Source: an uncultured Spirochaetota bacterium (lineage in GTDB: Bacteria > Spirochaetota > Spirochaetia > SZUA-6 > Fen-1364). Taken from it: a stretch of DNA of 64,000 nt. Both the position numbers and the translations under genes were made by a program. The stretch covers positions 544,001 through 608,000 of the forward strand of contig CAWGAA010000003.1 in the NCBI GenBank assembly GCA_963820525.1, written 5' to 3'. Below are positions 1 through 9,620 of this stretch, in pieces; position 1 is the stretch's first letter; each line of letters begins with the position of its first letter. The notes beneath the pieces are model-generated. The model was not told the DNA's origin, made no database searches, and saw only the letters and a program-made list of their open reading frames with translations.

Positions 1-220
1 TGCCCTTCAGGGCGTTTCCCAGCAGGGTCTCGCTTTCCCCGAGGCTGTAGACGTCAGCCGTGTCGATGAAGTTGATCTCGCGGTCCATGGCGAACTTCAC
101 CATCGCGTTTGTCGCCTGCTGGTCGAGGCTGCCCATGTTCGCCTTGGCTCCGAACTGCATCGTGCCCAGCGCCACTTCGCTCACGATGAGCCCCGTCTTC
201 CCCATCGTCCTGAACTTCAT
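1..220 (-). CDS. Aldo/keto reductase, N-terminal part (runs off window start)
   Basis: Manual translation from ATG at 220: MKFRTMGKTGLIVSEVALGTMQFG...INFIDTADVYSLGESETLLGNALKG, the AKR N-terminal signature (GKTG..VS..GLG; DTAD.Y; SE..LG). AGGAGGGG SD upstream. Not in the ORF track. Confidence 0.9.
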   Translation of the reverse strand, partial: MKFRTMGKTGLIVSEVALGTMQFGAKANMGSLDQQATNAMVKFAMDREINFIDTADVYSLGESETLLGNALKG

Positions 221-294
221 TGCGACCCCTCCTTGCGTACCCTCCGCTTGTGTATAATATACTCAAGCGGACCGTGTTCGATGGGGGCTTCCCG

Positions 295-1257
295 ATGGAC
301 AGCGCTCAGGCAAGGCCGATCCACCCCGACATCATCGTGCGATACCCGCCGGACGAGAACTGTCTCGTGGCGCCCGGCGGACGAGCATACGCGGTGGTGT
401 ACGTGCGGCCGGAGACCAACAACATCCTCTACGAGCGCGCCATCATCTCCGCGGTAAGGCGAACGGCGGACACCCTCTACATGGCCAACCTGGGCGGCGG
501 GCTCTTCGCCCGGGATCGCATTCTGGAAAAGCACTACGCCTCCCAATTCCGCTTCGCCGCGGATCCGTGCGGCGAGATGGCCAAGTATCCGGAGATGATC
601 TTGCGCTTCCAGGCCCATTTCCAGGTCTCCTTCGAGCATTCACCCCTCATTGGATCCTTCGACGCGGCGAAGCTCCTCGGCATGCATGAGGAGGATCTGT
701 TCGAGACCATCGTGCCCGAGGCTGACTTTCTGGACTGCTGGGGCCAGGAGTTCAAGCGCATCTTCGATTTCATCGTGGCCAACCCGAACCTGCCGGCCGT
801 CCTCAAGCGCTATACTCCCGGGGCGAACGTCCTCGCGCTGGCGGTGCGATCACGGGGACCGGACCCCGACTTCTTCTGCTCCCTGAATCAGGCCATATAC
901 TCGGAGATCGTTTCCCACCACGAAACGCCTCTGATAGATGGCGAAAAGCTCCAATCCCTGGGCTGGCAGGAGAAGATACGCCGCACCTATCATTTCTCCA
1001 CCAACCATCTCATGGCCATGCTCGATATGGCCACCTTCGTTTACCTGGACGAATCGAGACGTCTGGAAGTAGAAGACACGCCCCTGGGCAGGAGACTTAT
1101 CGGCGAAGGCTCCATCACGCGCGAGAAGCTTTCCTTAATCGTGGAGTCCCCCCTCAGGTACCTCGGCCGGGAAGGGGGGAATATCCTGGTCTACCTCCCC
1201 TCCGCCGCTGCGGGGATGAGCGTGGAGCAGGTCGTGGAGATGTTGAATACCTTGTAA
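295..1257 (+). CDS. Hypothetical protein, possibly a divergent nucleoside-diphosphate-kinase-like fold
   Basis: Long ORF with GC3-biased codons. Order of motifs VYVRP, ILEKHY, VANP, YHFS and DTPLG resembles long-form NDK-like proteins (by eye only). Confidence 0.55.
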   Translation: MDSAQARPIHPDIIVRYPPDENCLVAPGGRAYAVVYVRPETNNILYERAIISAVRRTADTLYMANLGGGLFARDRILEKHYASQFRFAADPCGEMAKYPEMILRFQAHFQVSFEHSPLIGSFDAAKLLGMHEEDLFETIVPEADFLDCWGQEFKRIFDFIVANPNLPAVLKRYTPGANVLALAVRSRGPDPDFFCSLNQAIYSEIVSHHETPLIDGEKLQSLGWQEKIRRTYHFSTNHLMAMLDMATFVYLDESRRLEVEDTPLGRRLIGEGSITREKLSLIVESPLRYLGREGGNILVYLPSAAAGMSVEQVVEMLNTL

Positions 1258-1300
1258 ATCGGACGCCGTCCGACGCGGGCGCCGCCCCCAGCCTTCGCCC

Positions 1301-2104
1301 CTACTTCTTCTGCGCGTTTCCCATCCTGATCGCTATGCAGTCGTAGAGGAAGCGGTCGGGCTGGTAGGAAGTGACGGAGTGGATCAGGATCCTGTAGCCT
1401 GCCGTATCGAAGGGGATCTTCGCCGCGAGGTGGGCGGGAAGCTCTCCTGCCGCCTCGATCTGGGAAGTAAGCGACTGGTCCTGGGAGAGAACCACCGGCC
1501 GCAATCCCGGGGCCACCACCACGGAGAGGGAGACAAGCTGCATGGAGGTGAGCATCTCCGCGGCGGGAAGCTGGGCCGCGACTGCCGCCTGCTTGGCCTC
1601 CAGCTGGATCATCCTCGCCTTGGCATCCGGGATGGCGGATTCCATGGCGGCGGTGAGAAGGTCGATCATTCGGTGCCGGACTCCCGCCAGGTCCTTCTCG
1701 GAGCCGAACTGGTGCATCCGCTCGTCCTTCTTGATGACTTTGGCGAGCGATGAGATCTCCTTGAGGTAGGTGTTCTTCTCCGAGTCGGGGATGTAGTGCA
1801 TGATCACGATGTGCACCGGCTTGTTGTCCGGCGCGCCCCACTCGATTCCCGTCGGGCTCCAGCCGATGGCGCACGCCAGCTCCCCTTCCCCGGGCACCCG
1901 GCCGTGCGGGCATGACCATCCGGCGCCGATTGCGGTATTGGCCGCCCGCTCCCGCGCGGTGACGGCGCCCGTGAAGTCGAAGCCGGAGATGAAATCCGGC
2001 ATGGCCTCGATGAGGCTTGCAAGGTACTGGAGACTCTTCTCCTTGTCGGAGTCGGGAAGCTCTATGAGCCTTCCTTCCTGGAGGGCGTTGATAAGGCTTT
2101 TCAT
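1301..2104 (-). CDS. PTS EIIA type-2 (Fru/Ntr) domain protein with C-terminal extension
   Basis: RE...TAIGAGWSCPHGR (phospho-His motif) and GIEWGAPDNKPVHIV. Starts 2 nt after the mgtA stop. Confidence 0.85.
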   Translation of the reverse strand: MKSLINALQEGRLIELPDSDKEKSLQYLASLIEAMPDFISGFDFTGAVTARERAANTAIGAGWSCPHGRVPGEGELACAIGWSPTGIEWGAPDNKPVHIVIMHYIPDSEKNTYLKEISSLAKVIKKDERMHQFGSEKDLAGVRHRMIDLLTAAMESAIPDAKARMIQLEAKQAAVAAQLPAAEMLTSMQLVSLSVVVAPGLRPVVLSQDQSLTSQIEAAGELPAHLAAKIPFDTAGYRILIHSVTSYQPDRFLYDCIAIRMGNAQKK

Positions 2105-2106
2105 CT

Positions 2107-4767
2107 CTAGTCGACCCCGAACTTTCTGAAGAACCAGGTCTTCACGTTATGGGTGAGCACGCAGTACAGGACGATGAACCCGCCCAGCCAGGCCCAGAAA
2201 ACGGCGGGCAGAGGCACGAAGCCCAACACTCCCGCGATTGGAGAATACGGCAGGAAAGCGGCCACGGCAAGGATGAGCAGGGTGAAGAATACCAGCACGG
2301 GGCTCGCCATGCTCTGGATGAACGGGATCTTGCGCGTGCGGATCACGTGCACGATCAGGGTCTGGGTGAAGATGGACTCCACGAACCACCCCGTGTGGAA
2401 CAGCGACTCGAAGTAGGCCTTCATGTCCGCCGTGGCGCCCGGCGCCGCGTATCCGATGCAGCCGAAGAAGAAGAGCATCAGAAGGAAGGTGGCGTAGTCG
2501 AAGATCGAGCTCATGGGCCCGATGATGATCATGAAACGGCGGATGTTGCCGATGTTCCACTTGCGCGGGACGCTCGTGAACTCATCGTCCACGCGGTCCG
2601 CCGGAATGCCGATCTGGGAAATGTCGTAGAGGAGGTTGTTGATCAGGACCTGGATGGGGAGCATGGGGAGGAAGGGCAGGAAGTAGCTGCCCCCCACCAC
2701 GCTGAACATGTTTCCGAAATTGGAGCTTGCCCCCATGCGGATGTACTTGACGATGTTCCCGAAGACCTTCCGCCCCTCGATGATGCCCAGCTCCAGGACC
2801 ATCAGGCTTTTTACCAAAAGGACGATGTCTGCGGACTCCTTGGCCACGTCCACCGCCGTGTCCACCGAGATCCCAACATCCGCGCGCTTCAGGGCGGGGG
2901 CGTCGTTGATCCCGTCCCCCAAAAACCCCACCACGTGGCCCTTGCTCTGCAGGGCCTGGATGATCTGCTCCTTCTGGGTGGGAGAGAGCCGCGCGAAGAT
3001 CGTGTTCTCCTCCGCCAGCCGGGCAAGCTCCTCCTGGCTCAGGCCCACGAGCTCCGAGCCGATAACCACCTTCGTAGCGTCGAGGCCCACGTCCTTGCAG
3101 ACCTTCTTGGTGACAAGCTCGTTGTCGCCCGTGAGGATCTTCACCGTGACCCCCGCGCCCTTGAGCGACTCTATGGCGCGCGCCGTGGAGTCCTTGGGGG
3201 GGTCGAAGAAGGCGATGTAGCCCAGGAGGATCAGGTCGCTTTCGTCCGCGGCGGAGAAGACCTCCTTGTCCCGGGGGAACTCGCGGTACGCGATGGCGAG
3301 CACCCGGTAGCCGTCCGCGCTCAGTGACTCGTAGTCCTCGAGCACGTCCGCCTTTATCGCCTCGATCAGGGGGAACACCTCATCGTCAACCTGATAGCTC
3401 TGGCAGACCTTGAACACGTCCTCCACGGAGCCTTTGCAGATGAGCACGTGGTCTCCCTGGTAGTCCACGGCCACCGACATGCGCTTGCGGATGAAATCGA
3501 AGGGTATCTCGTCCACCTTGCGCGCGGTGCGCTCCACCTCGAACTCGGTGTGGGAGAGAACCGAGCGGTCCAGGAGGTTTCGAAGGCCCGTCTGGTAATA
3601 GCTGTTGAGGTAGGCATAACGCAGTACCTCGTCGCTCGCCCTGCCGGTGACGTCGACGTGCTTCTCCAGAATGACGCGATCCTGCGTCAATGTGCCGGTC
3701 TTGTCCGTGCAGAGGATGTCGATGGCGCCGAAGTTCTGGATCGAGTTCAGGCGCTTGACGATGACCTTCTTCTTCGACATGGCGAGGGCGCCCTTGGCCA
3801 GGTTCACCGTCACGATCATGGGAAGCATCTCGGGGGTGAGCCCCACCGCGACGGCCAGGCCGAAGAGAAGCGCGTCCAGCCAGTTGTGCTTGGTGAGCCC
3901 GATGATGAGGAAAACGATGAGCACCATGATCACCATGAACCTGATCATGAGCCAGGTGAACCCGGAGATCCCCTTGTCGAAGCTGGTGAGAACCCGCGCG
4001 GCCCCGAGCTTGCGTGTGATGCTTCCAAAGTATGTCCGGGCCCCCGTATTCACCACTGCTCCGCGGGCCGTTCCGGAAACCACGGTGCTGCCCTGGAAGC
4101 AGGCGTTGGTGAGCTCCAGGGCGGCCTTGCCGGAAGATGCGCAGGGGCCGGCCGACTTCTCCACGGGCATCGCTTCGCCCGTAAGGGCGCTCTGCCCGAC
4201 GAAGAAGTCCTTCGTGGCGATGAGCCTGAGGTCCGCCGGGACCAGGGATCCGGCGTCCAGCACCACGATATCCCCCGGAACGATCTCCGCCAGGGGGATC
4301 TCGGACTCCTTTCCTTCGCGAAGCACGTTGACCGTGGTCCGCACCATGGCACGCAGCTTCTCCACGGCCTGGCCGGACCTCTCCTCCTGGATCATGGAGA
4401 GGGCGACGCTGATGATGAGCATGGAGAAGACCACGATGGCGGCGCGCACGTCTCCCATGAAAAAGGAGACCCCGGCGATGATGAGGAGCTGAACGACCAG
4501 GGGATTGGCGAAGCGATGGAAGGTGCGGCTCCAGAACCCGCCCTTCTTCTGGGCAACCTCGTTGGGGCCGAACTGCTGCCGGCGGCTCTCCACCTCTTCG
4601 GCCGAAATGCCGCGCTCGGTGGTTGACAGCGCCTTCAGCGCCTCCTCGGGGCTCAGGGAGCATACCTCTGCGAGCCTGCGCTCATGCTCGGGGACGGCCT
4701 CGACCTGGGATGAGTTTCGCACCCTCCCAAAGAGGCTGCGCGTTTCCACCGAACCGATTCTCTGCAT
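2107..4767 (-). CDS. mgtA: Magnesium-translocating P-type ATPase
   Basis: DKTGTLT phosphorylation motif, LTPEMLP, ALTGEA, GDGINDAP, ASSNFGN, NLLYD and FHTGWFVES typical of type IIIB Mg-ATPases. Confidence 0.95.
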   Translation of the reverse strand: MQRIGSVETRSLFGRVRNSSQVEAVPEHERRLAEVCSLSPEEALKALSTTERGISAEEVESRRQQFGPNEVAQKKGGFWSRTFHRFANPLVVQLLIIAGVSFFMGDVRAAIVVFSMLIISVALSMIQEERSGQAVEKLRAMVRTTVNVLREGKESEIPLAEIVPGDIVVLDAGSLVPADLRLIATKDFFVGQSALTGEAMPVEKSAGPCASSGKAALELTNACFQGSTVVSGTARGAVVNTGARTYFGSITRKLGAARVLTSFDKGISGFTWLMIRFMVIMVLIVFLIIGLTKHNWLDALLFGLAVAVGLTPEMLPMIVTVNLAKGALAMSKKKVIVKRLNSIQNFGAIDILCTDKTGTLTQDRVILEKHVDVTGRASDEVLRYAYLNSYYQTGLRNLLDRSVLSHTEFEVERTARKVDEIPFDFIRKRMSVAVDYQGDHVLICKGSVEDVFKVCQSYQVDDEVFPLIEAIKADVLEDYESLSADGYRVLAIAYREFPRDKEVFSAADESDLILLGYIAFFDPPKDSTARAIESLKGAGVTVKILTGDNELVTKKVCKDVGLDATKVVIGSELVGLSQEELARLAEENTIFARLSPTQKEQIIQALQSKGHVVGFLGDGINDAPALKRADVGISVDTAVDVAKESADIVLLVKSLMVLELGIIEGRKVFGNIVKYIRMGASSNFGNMFSVVGGSYFLPFLPMLPIQVLINNLLYDISQIGIPADRVDDEFTSVPRKWNIGNIRRFMIIIGPMSSIFDYATFLLMLFFFGCIGYAAPGATADMKAYFESLFHTGWFVESIFTQTLIVHVIRTRKIPFIQSMASPVLVFFTLLILAVAAFLPYSPIAGVLGFVPLPAVFWAWLGGFIVLYCVLTHNVKTWFFRKFGVD

Positions 4768-4825
4768 GAGAACCCCTCTGCTGCATGCCGTTTCAACCGG
4801 CGGCGCGGAAAATATAGGTGGATTT

Positions 4826-4925
4826 CAAAAAAGATACAACACTCAACCATTTTCCCGACGGCTTTCCCCATGGAATCAACCATATTTCCCGATGGTGGAG
4901 CCTCTTCCCCGCCGGGAGTGTTTGC
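4826..4925 (-). promoter_or_regulatory. Putative structured mgtA 5' leader (attenuator/riboswitch candidate)
   Basis: Nested stems (4838-4844/4916-4922; 4853-4861/4909-4917), an internal direct repeat and a U6 run at 4827-4832 on the sense strand. Confidence 0.45.
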
Positions 4926-5201
4926 CGTGACAACCCAATACACATACGCGATTACGAAAGGAGACTGCGTTATGTCCTGGTCCCGGTATGCGCCTCGCTT
5001 CTGGTATGCTGCTCGCCGGGACCGAAGCTGCGTAAAGGAATGCTCACGAAAAGCCTCTCCATCGCGAGCGTCGAGTTCGGAAACGAGATCATCGAAGGCG
5101 AGGGGATTGTCGAGATAGAGAATTATGGAATAACGGTGAATTAAAGGCCCAGGGCCGCGCCGACGCGGCTCCCGCTCCGAGCTGAAAGACGGGGCCGCCC
5201 C

Positions 5202-5681
5202 TTATTTCTCCACCTTCAGGCTTGCCACGACGGCGAAGAAGGTCTCTCGGAACCGATCGAAGGATTTCGCCGACGATGCGAAGGACAGGGTATAGGCCTT
5301 TTTCTCGGTCGTGAACACAGGGTCCATCTTGCGCATCGGCCTGCCCGCATACGATATGTCGTAGATAACGCAGTTTTTCCCCTGCTCCACGATCACCATG
5401 TCTTCTGCGACCTTCTGAATTATCGGTATTTTCTCGCGTACCAGATACTCCTCCGCCGAAAGCTTTTTTTTGAGCGTGACGCTGGTGGCACTTAAGCTTT
5501 CCACGAAATCGTCGTCCGCCTCTTTCGGGGAGCGCAGGGAGAAGAGGAACGTCGATTTGCGCGCGTCGATCGTCCAGTCGGGCGGTACGGCAATGGAGAT
5601 GCCCCCGCCTTTCGCCCGTTCCTCGCCCGAAGCGCAGAACGCTGACACCACGATCAGGAGCAACGGCAACAGACGCTTCAT
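5202..5681 (-). CDS. Exported hypothetical protein (PsbP/DcrB-like)
   Basis: Signal peptide MKRLLPLLLIVVSAFC, ISIAVPPDW, and C-terminal YTLSF...F...F..VVASLK pattern. 4-nt overlap with the upstream gene. Confidence 0.65.
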   Translation of the reverse strand: MKRLLPLLLIVVSAFCASGEERAKGGGISIAVPPDWTIDARKSTFLFSLRSPKEADDDFVESLSATSVTLKKKLSAEEYLVREKIPIIQKVAEDMVIVEQGKNCVIYDISYAGRPMRKMDPVFTTEKKAYTLSFASSAKSFDRFRETFFAVVASLKVEK

Positions 5682-7223
5682 AGGCCCTCCTTTACAAGCT
5701 CGGTTTCATGCGCCTTGAGGAAGGCATCCTCGCCGAGCTGCGTGAAACGGGGCGAGGCCGGCGTGAAGATTATCTCGCCCAGACAGCAGTCCTGCCACTT
5801 CGAGCCCTTGCACACGTCGCGGATGAACAGCTTGTACCTTCCCCTGGGCAGGAAAACCTTTTCGAAAGACTGAAGCTCCTTCGTATCGGCCAGCGCGATG
5901 ATCTTCTTCACAGCGCCGTCGGAAGACGCTATCTCGAGCGTCTTGGGCCTATTGTTCTTCTCATAGTACGTATCGATGGCCTTCCCCTCGACCTTCACGA
6001 ATGACATGTTGAAGCCGTTCTGGATATCGAGGGCTTCCACGTCCTTCGCCAGCTCGAACTCGATCCATTCGCCGATCCCGTCCCCCTTGGCGCCTTCGGC
6101 CCAGGCGGTCTCCGGGATTCCGTCGAAGAGAGAAAGCGCCCCGAACCCGGCCTTGGGCAACACCCCCCAAAAAGTGTACCCGGGCGCAGCATCGGCAAGG
6201 GAAGAAGAGGCCCCCTTCACCGAAACGAAATCCTGCGCGGGAGCATTGGGACGCTCGCGGGTTCTCGGCGTGTCGAACCAGATCGCCTTGAAATACGACT
6301 GTTCGACGGATGCATCCTGAATGCCCATCGCGGCCTCGATCCGATCGCTCGCTTCTGGCTCGTAGCCCGCCGCCAGGTACACGTCCTTGCCCCGCAGCCG
6401 CCCCAACCGCTGGAATGCCTTCGGGAGCTTCGGGTCCATCGCGGGCGGCACGGCAAAATAGAGCCTGCCGATGGCTCCTCTCCACGTTCGGCCCGTGCCG
6501 AGGATGTAGGAATAGGAATAGCTTTTCAGGTGAAGCTGGTTGTCCCCTCCCTCCGCATAGTCCGCCGCGTAGCGGACCCTCACCTCGGAAGAAGAGCCGG
6601 CCGTGAAAGCCAGCGAATGGCGGAAGTGGAACGTGATCTCAAGCCTGCCCCCGCTTGAGCCGACGTCTGTCAGGGCGGCTTCCGCGACAACGCTCGCCAG
6701 GGGAACCGCGCGGCCGTCCTGAGCTATCGAGAGATCGAAGAGCTTCGAAATGCTCTCCGGCGGTATCTCCCTTCGAACCGGAACGTCCTGGGCCAGGACG
6801 TAGTACTGCGAATGCCCCACGAACTCATCCGTCGGGAGGGCGGCTTCATGAAGCTCATCCCCCAGGGCGAGGCGGAGGTGGGCGAGAGGGCTCGACCCGC
6901 TCCCATACATGCTCTCCCGGGGAAAAAACCCGGTCTGCCCTTCCTTGCCGGGGATCGCGTCCTTGTCCATTTCCACGCGCACGCGGATCGGGAACCCAGC
7001 ATCCACGGTCAGGTCTCGCCCGCGTAAGGCCCGTGCCAAACCCGTCGAAGACGAGTATCTCGTCCTCCAGGGCTATATCGTCGTTTTCCCTTTCCGAGTA
7101 GAGAGAACCCTCCGTGAGGGAGAATGCCGCGTTCCAGCTTCCGTCATCCGCCGAGATCCGCGGAGCAAGAACCATGAGGAAGACGAAGGCGCTCGAAAGA
7201 AACGCCGCGAGAATCTTTCGCAT
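5678..7223 (-). pseudogene. Secreted DUF4424-like protein with C-terminal discoidin/NADase-type glycan-binding domain, frameshifted near 7020
   Basis: Frame A: MRKILAAFLSS..ADDGSW..DIALEDEILVF..GLTRA. Frame B continues GRDLTVDAGFP..YSYILGTGRTWRGAIG..TAWAEGAKGDGIGEWI..NGF..NNRPK. Could also be a sequence error. Confidence 0.6.
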
Positions 7224-7662
7224 AGAAGAGAATAGCATACGGGGGCGCTGTTTCAAAGCTGCAATCGCAGAACATCGCGCGGCCGGCCATTCGAATAGTC
7301 CGTGCGCAGGCAAACCTCGCGGCGGATCTACCAGGGCACGTCCAGGTGTTGTGCCGGCCTCGGATCGCGAGTAGACTCAATGGAAAATCTCAGCCGGACA
7401 TTGCGCGGCGAGCCACCCGCTTGCCTCGATTCGATATCAAGGCCATTATCGGGGGAGAGGAATACAATGAAGACCGCCGGGGAGAATTCCCCCAGCGGCA
7501 AGGGCGATCATGTCGAGGAAGTTGAATAGTCAATAAAAAGGGGGATCTCGGGATACATCAAGCTTGACATGACCAGTAGAATGTGATTCGGGACGATCAA
7601 GCGGCTGCGTGGAAAATCTGAAGATGGAGACGGAGGCGGTGGCAAACAAGCGAGGAGGAGCC

Positions 7663-7965
7663 ATGGCAGAGAACGGTTTTGACGCATTGGGGATGATCGA
7701 AACCCGTGGATTTGCGGCGATGGTGGAAGCCGCGGATGCGATGGTGAAGGCGGCCAAGGTCGACCTGATCGGCTTCGAGAAGATCGGCGGCGGCTACGTG
7801 ACGGCCATCGTGCGCGGGGACGTGGCGGCATGCCGTGCCGCGGTGGACGCGGGCGCGCGGGCCGCGGAGAAGGTGGGGGAGATCGTGAGCACCCACGTGA
7901 TCCCACGGCCGCATGCATCGGTGGACGCCGCCCTGCCTCTGGGCAGGACGGAAAGAAAGGGGTAG
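7663..7965 (+). CDS. BMC-H hexameric shell protein
   Basis: [43 protein letters not shown] before ATG 7663. Confidence 0.97.
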   Translation: MAENGFDALGMIETRGFAAMVEAADAMVKAAKVDLIGFEKIGGGYVTAIVRGDVAACRAAVDAGARAAEKVGEIVSTHVIPRPHASVDAALPLGRTERKG

Positions 7966-7968
7966 GCC

Positions 7969-8610
7969 ATGGCTGTGGACCTCAGGACATACGTATTCCT
8001 GGATTCGCTTCAGCTGCAGAACGCCTCCTTCATCGCGACGGTGAGCAAGGGGTACTACCCCATCGGGATGCAGGCCTGCTGCGTCATCGAGATCGCTCCC
8101 GGCATCGAGATCAACCGCCTCACCGACGTCGCCCTGAAGGCGACCAACGTGACCCCCGGGCTCCAGATCGTGGAGCGCGCCTACGGTCTTTTGGAGGTGC
8201 ATTCTGACAGCCAGGGGGACGCGCGCATGGCGGGGGAAGCGGTGCTGAAGGCCCTTTCCAAGTCCGAGAAGGATCGGCTGAAGCCGCGCGTGATGACCAG
8301 CCAGCTCATCAAGAACATCTCGGACCACCACGCGCAGCTCATCAACAAGGTGCGGCACGGCAACATGGTGCTTCGCGGAGACACTCTGTACGTGCTGGAG
8401 GTGGAGCCCGCCGGCTACGCGTTCTACGCGGCCAATGAGGCGGAGAAGACCTCCTCGATCAACATCATAGAGGTGCTGGGCTTCGGCGCGTTCGGCCGGG
8501 TGTATATTGCCGGGCAAGAGGCGGAGGTGATCGAGGCGCGCCGGATCGTGGAGGACAGGTTGTCGGGGTTGAGCGGCAGGGAGATCGCGTCCAACGCGGC
8601 GCGGATTTGA
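7969..8610 (+). CDS. BMC-T trimeric shell protein (CsoS1D/CcmP-like double-stacking type)
   Basis: LRTYVFLDSLQ, EIAPGIEINRLTDVALKAT, VERAYGLLEVH, ANEAEK and GAFGRVY. Confidence 0.92.
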   Translation: MAVDLRTYVFLDSLQLQNASFIATVSKGYYPIGMQACCVIEIAPGIEINRLTDVALKATNVTPGLQIVERAYGLLEVHSDSQGDARMAGEAVLKALSKSEKDRLKPRVMTSQLIKNISDHHAQLINKVRHGNMVLRGDTLYVLEVEPAGYAFYAANEAEKTSSINIIEVLGFGAFGRVYIAGQEAEVIEARRIVEDRLSGLSGREIASNAARI

Positions 8611-8634
8611 AGATGCACGTGAAAAGGGGAACAT

Positions 8635-8946
8635 ATGGCGGATAGCGGTGGTTTGGAGGCTCTGGGGATGATCGAAACCCGCGGATTTGCCGCGATGGTG
8701 GAAGCGGCGGACGCGATGGTGAAGGCGGCCAAGGTCGACCTCATCGGCTTCGAGAAGATCGGCGGCGGCTACGTCACCGCCATCGTGCGCGGGGACGTGG
8801 CGGCATGCCGTGCCGCGGTGGACGCGGGCGCGCGGGCCGCGCAGATGGTGGGAGAGATCGTGAGCACGCACGTGATCCCGCGGCCGCACGAGTCCGTGGA
8901 TGCGGCCCTGCCTCTCGGCAGGAAGCCGCCCGCCTCCAAGAAGTAG
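8635..8946 (+). CDS. BMC-H hexameric shell protein, second copy
   Basis: Near-identical to 7663..7965. Confidence 0.97.
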   Translation: MADSGGLEALGMIETRGFAAMVEAADAMVKAAKVDLIGFEKIGGGYVTAIVRGDVAACRAAVDAGARAAQMVGEIVSTHVIPRPHESVDAALPLGRKPPASKK

Positions 8947-9009
8947 CGCAAGGGCGGGGCGGGCTCAAGGCCCGGGCGGGTAGGCGCGCCCCGCGAAAAG
9001 GACCCTGGA

Positions 9010-9312
9010 ATGGTATTGGCACGGGTGAAGGGCACTGTGGTGAGCACGCAAAAGTCGCCTCAGATGGAAGGCTTGAGGCTGCTCCTGCTGGAGAAGGTTG
9101 ACGCCGTAACTCTCAAGGGCAAGGGAGATTTCGTCGTTGCCATCGACGGGGTCGGCGCGAACGCCGGCGAGATCGTGTTCTACGTCACCGGGTCCAGCGC
9201 GCGCATGACGGAGACCACGAAAGGCAAGCCCTCGGATGCGACGATCATCGCCATCGTGGACGCCATCGAGAAGGACGGTGTTCTCACCTATGACAAGGCG
9301 GCGGCGCAATGA
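9010..9312 (+). CDS. BMC-P pentameric vertex protein (EutN/CcmL family) 1
   Basis: MVLARVKGTVVSTQK..VAIDGVGA..GSSAR..DATIIAIVD. Confidence 0.95.
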   Translation: MVLARVKGTVVSTQKSPQMEGLRLLLLEKVDAVTLKGKGDFVVAIDGVGANAGEIVFYVTGSSARMTETTKGKPSDATIIAIVDAIEKDGVLTYDKAAAQ

Positions 9313-9620
9313 CCATGGCTCGCGTGTGCGGGACCGTTGTGGCGAGCCGGCGTTCGGATGGGATTGCCGGCGCGAGCTGGCGCCTGGTCGAAGAGTGCGA
9401 TCAGCGCGGTGTGGGAAAAGGGGAGTATCTGGTGGCGCTGGACATGGTGGGCGCGGATCGCGGCCAGATGGTCCTGGTGACCCAGGGCAGCTCATGCCGG
9501 TGGACAACCCGCACCGAAGACCGCCCCATGGATGCCCTGGTTGTGGCTATCGTGGACTCGATCGACCAAGGCGGCTCTTTCATCTACTCCCAGGAAGGAC
9601 GAGGCAAAGGCCATGGCTGA
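9309..9620 (+). CDS. BMC-P pentameric vertex protein 2
   Basis: ARVCGTVVAS..VALDMVGA..QGSSCR..PMDALVVAIVD. ATGA overlap. Confidence 0.93.
   Translation: MTMARVCGTVVASRRSDGIAGASWRLVEECDQRGVGKGEYLVALDMVGADRGQMVLVTQGSSCRWTTRTEDRPMDALVVAIVDSIDQGGSFIYSQEGRGKGHG

Noticed and set aside
7300..7345. c-di-GMP-I riboswitch (GGCAAACC)
   Set aside because: The GNRA-capped stem and downstream GCAAAG/second-stem pattern are absent.
7556..7582. TTGACA/TAGAAT as the BMC promoter
   Set aside because: The spacing is only 7 bp. The overlapping TCAAGCTTGA palindrome might be an operator but cannot be supported further.
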